The notes under the pieces: model-generated
What the model was told of the DNA's origin: nothing
Databases searched by the model: none
What the model saw: the letters and a program-made list of their open reading frames with translations, nothing else
NCBI GenBank assembly: GCA_965221955.1
Contig: CBDCTA010000004.1
Span: 1 to 64,000, forward strand
Direction: 5' to 3'
Source: Gammaproteobacteria bacterium
Lineage (GTDB): Bacteria > Pseudomonadota > Gammaproteobacteria > UBA4575
DNA length: 64,000 nt
Translations under genes and position numbers: made by a program
In this document: positions 39,682 to 48,426 of the stretch, piece after piece
How the letters are laid out: each line of letters starts with the position of its first letter
Numbering within the stretch: the first letter of the stretch is position 1

Positions 39682-41849
39682 AAGAGAAAACACAATTAGG
39701 TAATCGATATTTAATTGAAGACACTAGGGTAGGTGGATACTCAATCGTTTATAAAGCTTTAGATGAAAAAATTAATCGAACTGTTGCTATAAAAACACCT
39801 AATGAGCTCGTTCTTAGTAGTGAAAAAAACTTAGAAAAGTTTATTGAAGAAGCAAAAAAACTCGCCAAAATTAATCACCCCAATGTAATTGAAGTTTTGC
39901 ATTTTTATGAAGCAGGTGAGCTTGATGATAAGTGTCATATTGTCATGGAATGGATTTCTCAGACATTGGCTGAGCGGATCCAAGATGATGCTTTAGATAT
40001 CGATACAAAGATTTCTATCATTAATAAAACGCTGCAAGGTCTTTTGCACATTCATCAGTTAGGGATTATTCATTCTGATCTTAAGCCAGCTAATATTTTT
40101 GTGAGTGATGACAATTCAAGAGTAAAAATCGGTGATTTGGGTATTGCTAGACATATTGATGAAGACCATACCAGCATGGCAACCTTTAAATATGGTGCGC
40201 CTGAGCATTATCGAACGGATGTAAACATAGATTCGCGGGCAGATATTTATTCAGCAGGTTTATTATTCTATGAGTTACTCGTTGGCGAGAGTAAATTTAA
40301 ACAAATCTTCCAAGATATTTATTCTGATGATAATAATAAGAAACAAGATACACGTTGGTTAAATTGGCATCTAGATAAAAGTCGTGTTTTGCCTCCACTT
40401 ACAGAAGTAACAACTGGTATAAGCGAAAAGTTCAGCGCAGTTATAGAAAAAATGACTGCTAAAGATCTAAACGAGCGCTATGAAAAAATTGAAGAAATCT
40501 TACAAGATTTAGATTTCGAACATCATGCTTCCATTACACCTATTCAACCTATTGAACTTGAATCTACAAAGAGCAAAAAAAATATCTGGTTAAGTCTAGC
40601 AATCGCTTTTGCAGTTATTTTTGTATCTGCAGGAGTTATATTTCTTTATTTGCCAGATGACAAACCAGCAATATCTGCTGAAGAAGTTGTAGCGATGGCA
40701 AAAATGGCTAAAGAAGCTAAGGAGGCTGCAATTGTTGCTGGTGCCAATGATCCAATGATAAACGAATTTTCACAGGGTAATAACTTTTATGATCAAGCAA
40801 AAGGTGCTTATGATAAAGGTGAAAATGAATCACCTCTTCAGTTGTTTACTTCTGCAAGAGATCACTACATAAAATCTGAGCAGCTTGCCTATCAACGTAC
40901 CTATAGTGAACTTCAAAACCACATCAATGTTTTAGAGGCAAAGGTGCAAATGTACAAACTCAATCATGAGAGTCAGCCATTAAAGTCAGGATATTTAATG
41001 TTAGAGCAAGCAGGAAAGCATTTTGAAAACCAACAATATTTAGAGGCTTCAAATTCTTTGGCGCAAGCTAAAGTTGCATTTGAAGAATCTATTACGACCA
41101 TGCCAAGAAAAATACAGGTTGGAAGTACAGCAGAACAAATTGATGCGGCATTAATTTTGTGTAAACGTTTTGATCAAGATTGTGTTCGTGAGTGGTATGA
41201 AACTGAGAAAGCAAAAGAAGTAGAGCTTGAACCATTTGAAATGGATGAGCATGAAGTTTCCTACGCTCAATTTCTAAAGTTTATCGATGCGACCGCTTAT
41301 CAAACAGATGCTGAGAGGAAAGGATTTTCTTACGTTTGGAATGGGTACAAATCAGTAAAAACAAAAGGTGTTAATTGGCGCAATGCAAATGCAGGTGGAA
41401 ATGAAAATTTTCCAGTGACTCACATTAGTTTTAATGATGCCAAACAATTCTGTGAATGGCGTGGGTCTCGTTTGCCTACAGAAGCCGAATGGGAATACGC
41501 TGCAAGGGGAATAGAAGGGAATACTTTTCCATGGGGTAACAATTGGGATCCAAGAAAGATTTATTGGCCAAACGAAAAACCAGAACAAGCTCGTATACAA
41601 AATATCAAATCTTATCCTGGAGCAATTTCAGGCTCAGGAGGCTATGATTTTTCAGGCAGTGTTTGGGAATGGGTTGAAAAAACTGAAGATCCCAACGATG
41701 GCTTATTAAAAGGAGGTTCAATATTTGAGACGAATCCAGCAAATTTGCGAACATCCACCCAAAGAATCAATGACTTAAATCTTTCCAATAACGACGATGG
41801 CTTTCGTTGTGTGAAATCTACACAAAAGTGGCCAGAGAGCTATAATTAA
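39678..41849 (+). CDS. Membrane Hanks-type Ser/Thr kinase with periplasmic helical region and FGE-sulfatase domain
   Basis: GGYSIVYKA, VAIK, IHSDLKPAN, DLG, YGAPE, DIYSAG; TM; PVTHISF.DA..FC...RLPTEAEWEYAARG...SVWEW...GFRCV. Confidence 0.9.
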   Translation: MKEKTQLGNRYLIEDTRVGGYSIVYKALDEKINRTVAIKTPNELVLSSEKNLEKFIEEAKKLAKINHPNVIEVLHFYEAGELDDKCHIVMEWISQTLAERIQDDALDIDTKISIINKTLQGLLHIHQLGIIHSDLKPANIFVSDDNSRVKIGDLGIARHIDEDHTSMATFKYGAPEHYRTDVNIDSRADIYSAGLLFYELLVGESKFKQIFQDIYSDDNNKKQDTRWLNWHLDKSRVLPPLTEVTTGISEKFSAVIEKMTAKDLNERYEKIEEILQDLDFEHHASITPIQPIELESTKSKKNIWLSLAIAFAVIFVSAGVIFLYLPDDKPAISAEEVVAMAKMAKEAKEAAIVAGANDPMINEFSQGNNFYDQAKGAYDKGENESPLQLFTSARDHYIKSEQLAYQRTYSELQNHINVLEAKVQMYKLNHESQPLKSGYLMLEQAGKHFENQQYLEASNSLAQAKVAFEESITTMPRKIQVGSTAEQIDAALILCKRFDQDCVREWYETEKAKEVELEPFEMDEHEVSYAQFLKFIDATAYQTDAERKGFSYVWNGYKSVKTKGVNWRNANAGGNENFPVTHISFNDAKQFCEWRGSRLPTEAEWEYAARGIEGNTFPWGNNWDPRKIYWPNEKPEQARIQNIKSYPGAISGSGGYDFSGSVWEWVEKTEDPNDGLLKGGSIFETNPANLRTSTQRINDLNLSNNDDGFRCVKSTQKWPESYN

Positions 41850-41887
41850 AATAATAAATACAAGTACCAAGGATGAGGCGTGGGATT

Positions 41888-43168
41888 ATGAAACTACTTA
41901 AATTTTTCATCGTACTTTTGTTGGGGACTTCTTTTACACATGTCATTGCAAATGAAAAAATCGCATTAGTAATCGGTAACACCGATTATGAAGTGTCACC
42001 GTTGAGAACTGCGGTCAATGATGCCACGGCCTTTTCACAAGCATTGTCAGAAATAGGTTTTCAAGTCGATCTTCAAACCAATACTAATCAGCAAGAAATG
42101 GAAGCTGCAGTACAGTCATTTGGACGATCTATTCAATCAGGAGCAATCGGTTTATTTTATTATGCGGGTCATGCGGTACAGCACAATGGCGAGAACTATC
42201 TCGTACCGGTTAATGCAATTTCATCTATAACTGCACCTGAACATTTACGTTATAAAACTGTGCCGCTTGGTTATGTGCTTGGAGTGGTGAATCAATCGGC
42301 AAGTGATTTAAATGTTGTCATATTGGATTCCTGTCGTAATTCTCCATTTAAATCCTTTTCGCGTGATTTAACGAGAGGAATTACACGTATGCCAAGTTCT
42401 GAAGGGACACTCATAGCATATTCAACAGCTCCTGGAAAAGTAGCATTAGATGGTAGAGAAAATGATCAACATAGCCCTTACACGAAGTCCCTTTTAAAGC
42501 ATATCAAACAACCTGGACTAACAATTGAGCAGGTACTCAAAAAAGTTCGAGCAAGCGTGAAAAAAGAAACAAATGGACAACAAACACCTTGGTATGAAGC
42601 TTCCATTGATGGCGATTTTTATTTTATAAAAGATGAAGGAAGCGGGACTAAAAAAGTAATCAAAGTGGCTACCGTTGAACCTCCTAAAAAAGTTATTACG
42701 CCAGAAAAGGAAAAAAAAGTTATTAAACAAGAAACTCTTGAGTCAACCAAACAATTGTCCTATATCGATGTGGAAGGCGCTAACGAAGGCAAACGACTCA
42801 ATGCCGCGCAAACCAAACAATTAGTGATTGGAAATACCTTATATCCAACAAGCGGTTCTTTCAAAGGCGCTCATATTTATGTTGACCATGATGGACGTGC
42901 GTATTATCACTTTATTACTAAAGGAGAACGCGTCATTGAAGGTATTACTTCATGGACGTTTACAGGTGCAAAATTTTGTATCGATCTTCATAAAATGGGG
43001 ACTAATGCCAATCTGTCTGAAAAAGAGGTGTGTTATCGGTTTATTAAACAAGCCAATCAAGAGTACAAACTACAAATTACGCAAATTAAATTGTTCAGTT
43101 ATCATAGAGAATCGCCTGTAGGAAAGTATATTTTTACTAAAGTTATGAAAGGTCGTGAAGGTGTATAG
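41888..43168 (+). CDS. Exported caspase-family (C14) protease with unrecognised C-terminal domain
   Basis: Signal peptide; KIALVIGN, FYYAGHA, LDSCRNSPF, HSPYT, QTPW. Confidence 0.85.
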   Translation: MKLLKFFIVLLLGTSFTHVIANEKIALVIGNTDYEVSPLRTAVNDATAFSQALSEIGFQVDLQTNTNQQEMEAAVQSFGRSIQSGAIGLFYYAGHAVQHNGENYLVPVNAISSITAPEHLRYKTVPLGYVLGVVNQSASDLNVVILDSCRNSPFKSFSRDLTRGITRMPSSEGTLIAYSTAPGKVALDGRENDQHSPYTKSLLKHIKQPGLTIEQVLKKVRASVKKETNGQQTPWYEASIDGDFYFIKDEGSGTKKVIKVATVEPPKKVITPEKEKKVIKQETLESTKQLSYIDVEGANEGKRLNAAQTKQLVIGNTLYPTSGSFKGAHIYVDHDGRAYYHFITKGERVIEGITSWTFTGAKFCIDLHKMGTNANLSEKEVCYRFIKQANQEYKLQITQIKLFSYHRESPVGKYIFTKVMKGREGV

Positions 43169-43182
43169 GAATGATGGTTTGA

Positions 43183-43485
43183 TCAATGTGTTGCTTTTAC
43201 CGAATCTTCCATAGCAGCTAAAAAAGAAGTTTGATAATTCGGCACGATATTCAGGTCGATTACAGCAAGTGCCACCTTATGATCTATTACATCAATATAG
43301 TGTAATATCCTCCTGAATTCATTGGGAGTAATAGGCTTCTGATCCCGCCATCCACAGAGCTCATCTTCGGCTCTTAAATTCTCAGGAAGATCGATTCTAA
43401 GAGCTAATCAAAGGGGTTGCAGCGCACCATAAAAATTGTGTTTTGCGCAATCCAGAATCCATTTAATCGCTTCAAATTTTTTCAT
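43183..43485 (-). pseudogene. Tyrosine integrase fragment (remnant 2, homologous to 24720-25035)
   Basis: MKKFEAIKWILDCAKHNF...DLPENLRAEDELCGWRDQKPITPNEFRRILHYIDVIDHKVA, with stop/frameshifts. Confidence 0.6.
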
Positions 43486-43591
43486 GACTGGGCATCATTT
43501 CTTATGCGATTAATCAAAAAAGACACTCGGCATAGGGCAGGGCAGAAACTTAATTCTCGTTCCAACTTATCTTGATTTAAGTTATAGGATT

Positions 43592-44068
43592 TTACTTTGC
43601 ATTATCTTGTACGTGCTTGCATACACATCTTTTAACTTTTTCCCATATTACAAGATCATCATTTGTAAGATAGGACTCAATATTCTCTAAAATGCCTATG
43701 TAATTCTTGTAGAGTTCTTGCGCAACTTGAGTGCCTTTTTTTGTGATTTTAAGTTGAATGACCCGACGATCATTCACATCATGATGACGGTTGATTAAAC
43801 CTTGTTTTTCTAGAGTATCTAAATGTCGAGTGATGGTCGTTGGATCTGCGTCAATTGTTTTAGAAATACGGCTGGGCGTATCTGCTCGTTTAAGATAGAT
43901 AATTTTTAGCACTAACCATTGAGTTAGGGTAAGTTTTGCTTGTTTTAAAGGCACTTTTAAATGAAGTTTTGCTTTATTTACTATGCTTAAACTTAGCAAT
44001 ACAGATGTTGCATTTATATCGATACATGCAGAAGATGTCGCATCGTGCTTTTTATCAATGTCTTCCAT
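43592..44068 (-). CDS. MarR family regulator, copy 1
   Basis: LTLTQWLVL...DPTTITRHLDTLEKQGLI.R...DRRV...IT.KG. Confidence 0.88.
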   Translation of the reverse strand: MEDIDKKHDATSSACIDINATSVLLSLSIVNKAKLHLKVPLKQAKLTLTQWLVLKIIYLKRADTPSRISKTIDADPTTITRHLDTLEKQGLINRHHDVNDRRVIQLKITKKGTQVAQELYKNYIGILENIESYLTNDDLVIWEKVKRCVCKHVQDNAK

Positions 44069-44130
44069 GAAAAATATCCTTATTTGTTCATGTTGTATAT
44101 GGCTTTAAAGCTACTTAACAACTCAATACA

Positions 44131-44171
44131 TGCTTAGTTAATATTTGTAAATAACAAATATTAACTAAGCA
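44131..44171. promoter_or_regulatory. Perfect 18-bp inverted repeat upstream of marR copy 1 (operator candidate)
   Basis: tgcttagttaatatttgt-aaata-acaaatattaactaagca. Confidence 0.6.
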
Positions 44172-44481
44172 AAACAAGTTGTATTCTCTATTTCTAACTA
44201 CAAAAATTTAGCTATTAAACACTTTTGCAGGTGTATCTAGTCAAATAACCTTATATTTGACTAATTAGGCACATGTTGCCAAATACCATATAAAGCAATT
44301 TTGACTAATATCGCACTATTGACAAGAAAGGCTTAGGGTTAACAATCTTTAACAAGATAGAGTGTTCATGAAACATTTTTTAACATATTAAGGCCGCTGG
44401 ATCTTGATCTTTGGCTAATTAAATAACGAGTATTTAGAATTGAACTGATTTCTATATGGAAATAAGTAAATAGATATACAA

Positions 44482-44952
44482 TTATAAGGCATGTGTTTGT
44501 GCAAAATTCTCAAGTTTCTTCCATGCTATTTGTTGGTTTTCGTTTAGATACGAATCTAAATTTTGCAGAATACCTGTGTAACGCTTGTAAACCTGTTGTG
44601 CGACGCGTACACCTTCCTGAGTGAGTTGTAATTGAGTAACACGACGATCTTTTTGGTCATGCTTACGCTCAATTAAACCGCGAGCTTCTAAACTGTCTAG
44701 ATGTCGAGAAATCGTTGTAGGGTCGGCGTCAATGGATTTAGCTACACCAGTTGGTGTTTCTGCTCGCTTTAAATAAAGTATTTTTAACACTAGCCACTGA
44801 TTCATCGTAAGCTTAACAGTGCTGAGAGGTTCTTTTAGCTGTTGTTTAGCCTTATTAACAATGCTTAAACCAAGCAGGACGGCAGTGGCATTAAAATCTA
44901 GGCTGAATGATGCTTTGTTTATCTTGTTCATATCGGTTGAGTCTGATTGCAT
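44482..44952 (-). CDS. MarR family regulator, copy 2 (tandem paralog)
   Basis: LTMNQWLVL...DPTTISRHLDSLEARGLI.R...DRRV...LT.EG. Confidence 0.88.
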   Translation of the reverse strand: MQSDSTDMNKINKASFSLDFNATAVLLGLSIVNKAKQQLKEPLSTVKLTMNQWLVLKILYLKRAETPTGVAKSIDADPTTISRHLDSLEARGLIERKHDQKDRRVTQLQLTQEGVRVAQQVYKRYTGILQNLDSYLNENQQIAWKKLENFAQTHAL

Positions 44953-45366
44953 TTGTATTTTCCTAAATTGATAGATTGAGTTATTTCAAAACTGTCACAC
45001 ATTTATATTGAACATTCTTTCTAAAACTACATGTTAGTTATCAGTAAGAGAGTAAGAATCAACCTATATTTAAAGGTTGCGTTATAAACATGATGTTTAG
45101 TGTAAAGCCCGAGAATGTATACCGAGCCTACTTAGTTAGTTTCCACAATCTAGGTAGAAGAAAAGCTATATAAAAGTTTAAAAATGTTTCAAAAATGGTT
45201 TATTGATCAAGTATTTATAATCGTTAGTAATCAAGTTTGACAATCATTGCACTATGGGAGTATTAATCATAGTTTCATACAGTATTTAACATGTTAAATA
45301 TCGTGAGTTATTTCGGCTTTTAAAGCTTGAAATTGTTAATTGTTTGAATAGGTATGGGGATAAAAC

Positions 45367-46989
45367 TTGCAGTCTGAAACTTCTGAAAAGAATGATTTAC
45401 TCAAGCCAGAAGAGTTGGAGGTTCGCGCTCAACTCGAAAATATTTTACTTGGAGATGAATTTAGGCGTTCGCCAAAAATATCAAATTTTCTAAATTTCGT
45501 TGTAAACGAAACTCTAACTGGAAAACAGCAATACCTAAAAGCGCACTCTATTGCCATCGCTGTTTTTAATAAAGACGAGAGCTTTGATCCACAAACAGAC
45601 CCATTAGTACGTGTGAATGCTGTACGCTTGAGAAGAATGCTGCGCCATTACTATGTTTCTCAAGGGTTGAAGGACGAGGTCATTATTGATGTTCTTAAGG
45701 GCAGTTATGTGCCGCAATTTTATTATCGCAGCAAAGGCCCTATCTTATCAGTCAAAAGGGTTTCAGAAATAATAGAAGATCACTCCTTTCCTACTATTGC
45801 GGTTTTAACTTTTAAAAACTTAAGCCATAAGTTATCAGATGCAAATTTTTCTAATGGCATCACTCAGGAAATAGTCAGCCAATTAACTAAATTCAAAGAG
45901 CTAGTGGTTGTGGCTAGAAGTACAATGAACCTTTCTGAAGATAAACTGGTTAATTCAAAACGTTTAAATAAAATTTTAGATGTGCGCTATGTTTTAAGTG
46001 GGAGTGTACGTATTGATGAAGATAATGTTCGAATTAATGTGGAGCTTGATGACAGTGTTTCGCATGCCAATGTATGGACACAAACTTATAACGAAAAGTT
46101 AAGTGTTAAAAGCACATTGGCGATTCAAGATGAGATTGCTATGCATGTAGCGACAACAATTGCTCAACCTTACGGAGTCATTATTCGCAAAGAACTAGCA
46201 GGTCTTGAACGCAGTACTACAAATAATTTTTCTGCTTATGAGTTGTTTTTGCAATACTTTCAATTTATAAGGACCTTTTCGCCTACTGACCACTTTAAAG
46301 TGCGGGCTGCTCTAGAAAAAGCTATCAAAATTGATCCACAATTTTCTGATGCATGGGCAGCGCTTTCTATAATTTATTCTCAAGAGTATCAATTATCGAT
46401 GAATCAAGTAAAAAGAGATGTCGATGTAAGAAATCTTGCTTACCAAACTGCTCGACATGCATTAAAACTTGATCCTAGTAACTCGCGGTCTAGTTTTGCT
46501 ATTTCAATTGCTAAGTGGATTAATGGTGAAGTCGATGCAAGCAAGGAGGATGCGGTTAGAGCCTTAAAACTAAATCCTAACAATTCACTTATCTTGGCTC
46601 AATTAGGATTATTCTTAGCAATCTCTGGAGGCTGGGAAACGGGATTAGAGATGTTAGAGCAGGCAATGGTGATGAATCCTGCCCATCCAGATTTTTATCA
46701 TTTTCCTTTTGTTATCAATTTCTATCGTCAAGATTTGTTTGAACAAGCTTTACAGGAAGCCAATAACATCCATATGCCTGATTACTTTTGGACTCATTAC
46801 ATTAAAGCAGCCATCCATAGCGCGCTTGGCAATAAAAAACTCGCCAAGCAAGCAATCCATGAACTGCTCAAGTTGTATCCTGACATTGCAAGCAAAGCCC
46901 GTTTCGAGCTAGAAAAATGGAATATGCAGACAGAGCTAATTGAAAAATTCTTGCAGGATTTGAGAATCGCGGGTTTGGAAGTGGTTTAA
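45367..46989 (+). CDS. Putative regulator: N-terminal HTH-like domain + TolB-like + TPR domains
   Basis: F..SP...FL.FVV..TL.G...LKA.SIA...FDPQTDPLVRV.A.RLR..L..YY; PTIAVL.F.NLS; A.KIDPQF, ALKLNPN repeats. Confidence 0.75.
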   Translation: MQSETSEKNDLLKPEELEVRAQLENILLGDEFRRSPKISNFLNFVVNETLTGKQQYLKAHSIAIAVFNKDESFDPQTDPLVRVNAVRLRRMLRHYYVSQGLKDEVIIDVLKGSYVPQFYYRSKGPILSVKRVSEIIEDHSFPTIAVLTFKNLSHKLSDANFSNGITQEIVSQLTKFKELVVVARSTMNLSEDKLVNSKRLNKILDVRYVLSGSVRIDEDNVRINVELDDSVSHANVWTQTYNEKLSVKSTLAIQDEIAMHVATTIAQPYGVIIRKELAGLERSTTNNFSAYELFLQYFQFIRTFSPTDHFKVRAALEKAIKIDPQFSDAWAALSIIYSQEYQLSMNQVKRDVDVRNLAYQTARHALKLDPSNSRSSFAISIAKWINGEVDASKEDAVRALKLNPNNSLILAQLGLFLAISGGWETGLEMLEQAMVMNPAHPDFYHFPFVINFYRQDLFEQALQEANNIHMPDYFWTHYIKAAIHSALGNKKLAKQAIHELLKLYPDIASKARFELEKWNMQTELIEKFLQDLRIAGLEVV

Positions 46990-47097
46990 GACAATGGTTA
47001 GAGGTCTTAAATCATGCATTACTTCTTTATAGTACTTTCCCGTTTGAGTAATGATTGCTAGTATTTACACATATTTTAGATTGAGTTTAACTATTCA

Positions 47098-47125
47098 AGC
47101 CTCGGATTTTATCCGGGGTTTTTTA
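47098..47125 (+). terminator. Rho-independent terminator at the right end of the island
   Basis: agcctcgga-tttta-tccggggt followed by a T tract. Confidence 0.7.
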
Positions 47126-47166
47126 TTGGATGAGTCTCTAATACACTCATTAAACAAGATGTATAT

Positions 47167-47240
47167 GGCTAGGTGGTAGAGTGGTTATACAGCGGTTTGC
47201 AAAACCGTAGACACCGGTTCGATTCCGGTCCTAGCCTCCA
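47167..47240 (+). tRNA. tRNA-Cys(GCA)
   Basis: GGCTAGGTGGTAGAGTGG...GCGGTTTGCAAAACCGT...GGTTCGATTCCGGTCCTAGCCTCCA. Confidence 0.95.
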
Positions 47241-47317
47241 CACATGCGCATGGGTATTATGCGCAAATTGATTATGACGAAGTCATACAGTCTGTAATCG
47301 TAAAACGATTCTACAAA

Positions 47318-47404
47318 GCCCGGGTGGCGAAATTGGTAGACGCAAGGGACTTAAAATCCCTCGGTAGATAATACCGTGCCGGTTCGACTCCGGCCCCGGC
47401 ACCA
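47318..47404 (+). tRNA. tRNA-Leu(TAA); acceptor 3' strand one G short
   Basis: GCCCGGGTGGCGAAATTGGTAGACGCAAGGGACTTAAAATCCCT...GGTTCGACTCCGGCCCCGGCACCA. Confidence 0.93.
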
Positions 47405-47943
47405 GTATTGGGAATTTTTTCACGCACATGCTTTACCTGCATGAGTACTTCTGATCCTGAGATTCTATGGGACCCTAAGATGAAAGGTGTAAATAAGCTC
47501 TAAAATCACCATTTAATTCCGAACGGTTTAATACAATGCGTATAGTACTGTTGTTATAAAAACAAAACCTTATAAAATCCTTCATATTCAATGGGGTAAA
47601 GCTATATAATTTATAATTATTGAGAAATATTCTTTATCTTATTGTTTTATAAGGAATTAAATTCCTTACATGACAAAAGTATAAGAACATCAATGTATTT
47701 AACCTCATATTTAATGTACCTCTTTTGGTTAAGCTGTGGTAATTTAACGGCTGGTGGTTCATTAATCTCATTACGTTGAGAGGCGAAATAGAGAATCCAG
47801 AAGGAGCAATAACTATAAAATAAATCTTCTGAAACCATCATTAGCCTTGCGTTAATACATTTAGCAGCCCTTTCTCCTCTAGTTGGGTTATCAATTAAAA
47901 CGTATAAACGCTAAAGTTGAATCGCAAAAGAAAGGCATATATC

Positions 47944-47974
47944 AACCCGCCCACCGTGGCGGGTTTTGTTTTTA
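47944..47974 (+). terminator. Rho-independent terminator
   Basis: aacccgcc-caccgt-ggcgggtt followed by a T-rich tract. Confidence 0.7.
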
Positions 47975-48028
47975 CTGGGTACACTATTTCTCTAATATCA
48001 TTTCTTTGCTATCGCTAATACAATTTTC

Positions 48029-48403
48029 ATGAAACTGAGATTGAATTTCATACATCCACTATTGATATTGATGTTTTTTTGTTCGAGCACTGTAGCCTAT
48101 GCTGCTGATATGGGTGGACGTTATTTGGTATCGGGAGTAGGTAAGGATTCTTGTCGTAGCTTTGTAGATGCTGATGAGGTGGGAAAGTCATATTATCGAA
48201 CTTGGCTATCTGGCTATATTACTTCGCATAACTACTATGTCGAAGATACTTATAGTGTTGTGAACAAAAAGACTGTAGATGAATTGGAAGCTTGGTTACG
48301 TGGTTATTGCTTTTCGAATATGACACATACATTCGAGAAAGCTGTAAAGGCATTGATACGCAAACTTAAGTACTTTAAGAAGAAAAATTTTTACGATAAG
48401 TGA
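48029..48403 (+). CDS. Small exported protein with a Cys pair
   Basis: Signal peptide; G.G..SC...WLSGYIT..N...WLRGYC. Confidence 0.65.
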   Translation: MKLRLNFIHPLLILMFFCSSTVAYAADMGGRYLVSGVGKDSCRSFVDADEVGKSYYRTWLSGYITSHNYYVEDTYSVVNKKTVDELEAWLRGYCFSNMTHTFEKAVKALIRKLKYFKKKNFYDK

Positions 48404-48426
48404 TCAATAAAATTATTAGGTAAAAA

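Larger units (their letters stand above)
17698..47166. mobile_element. Composite accessory island between tRNA-Gly and tRNA-Cys
   Basis: Interrupts the pgsA-Gly-Cys-Leu arrangement; only accessory genes; two integrase remnants; no intact integrase or clear attR seen. Confidence 0.7.

Noticed and set aside
25133-43168. Type VI secretion or conjugation (VirB11/T4SS) locus
   Set aside because: No Hcp, VgrG, TssB/C/M, VirB4 or relaxase; CpaB, TadB, TadC and TadE/G identify a Tad-type machine
47036-47042. tttcccg as an attR copy of the tRNA-Gly 3' end
   Set aside because: Only 7 bp match; expected by chance
47647-47841. 64-aa minus-strand ORF after tRNA-Leu
   Set aside because: No RBS or motif support; AT-rich intergenic DNA
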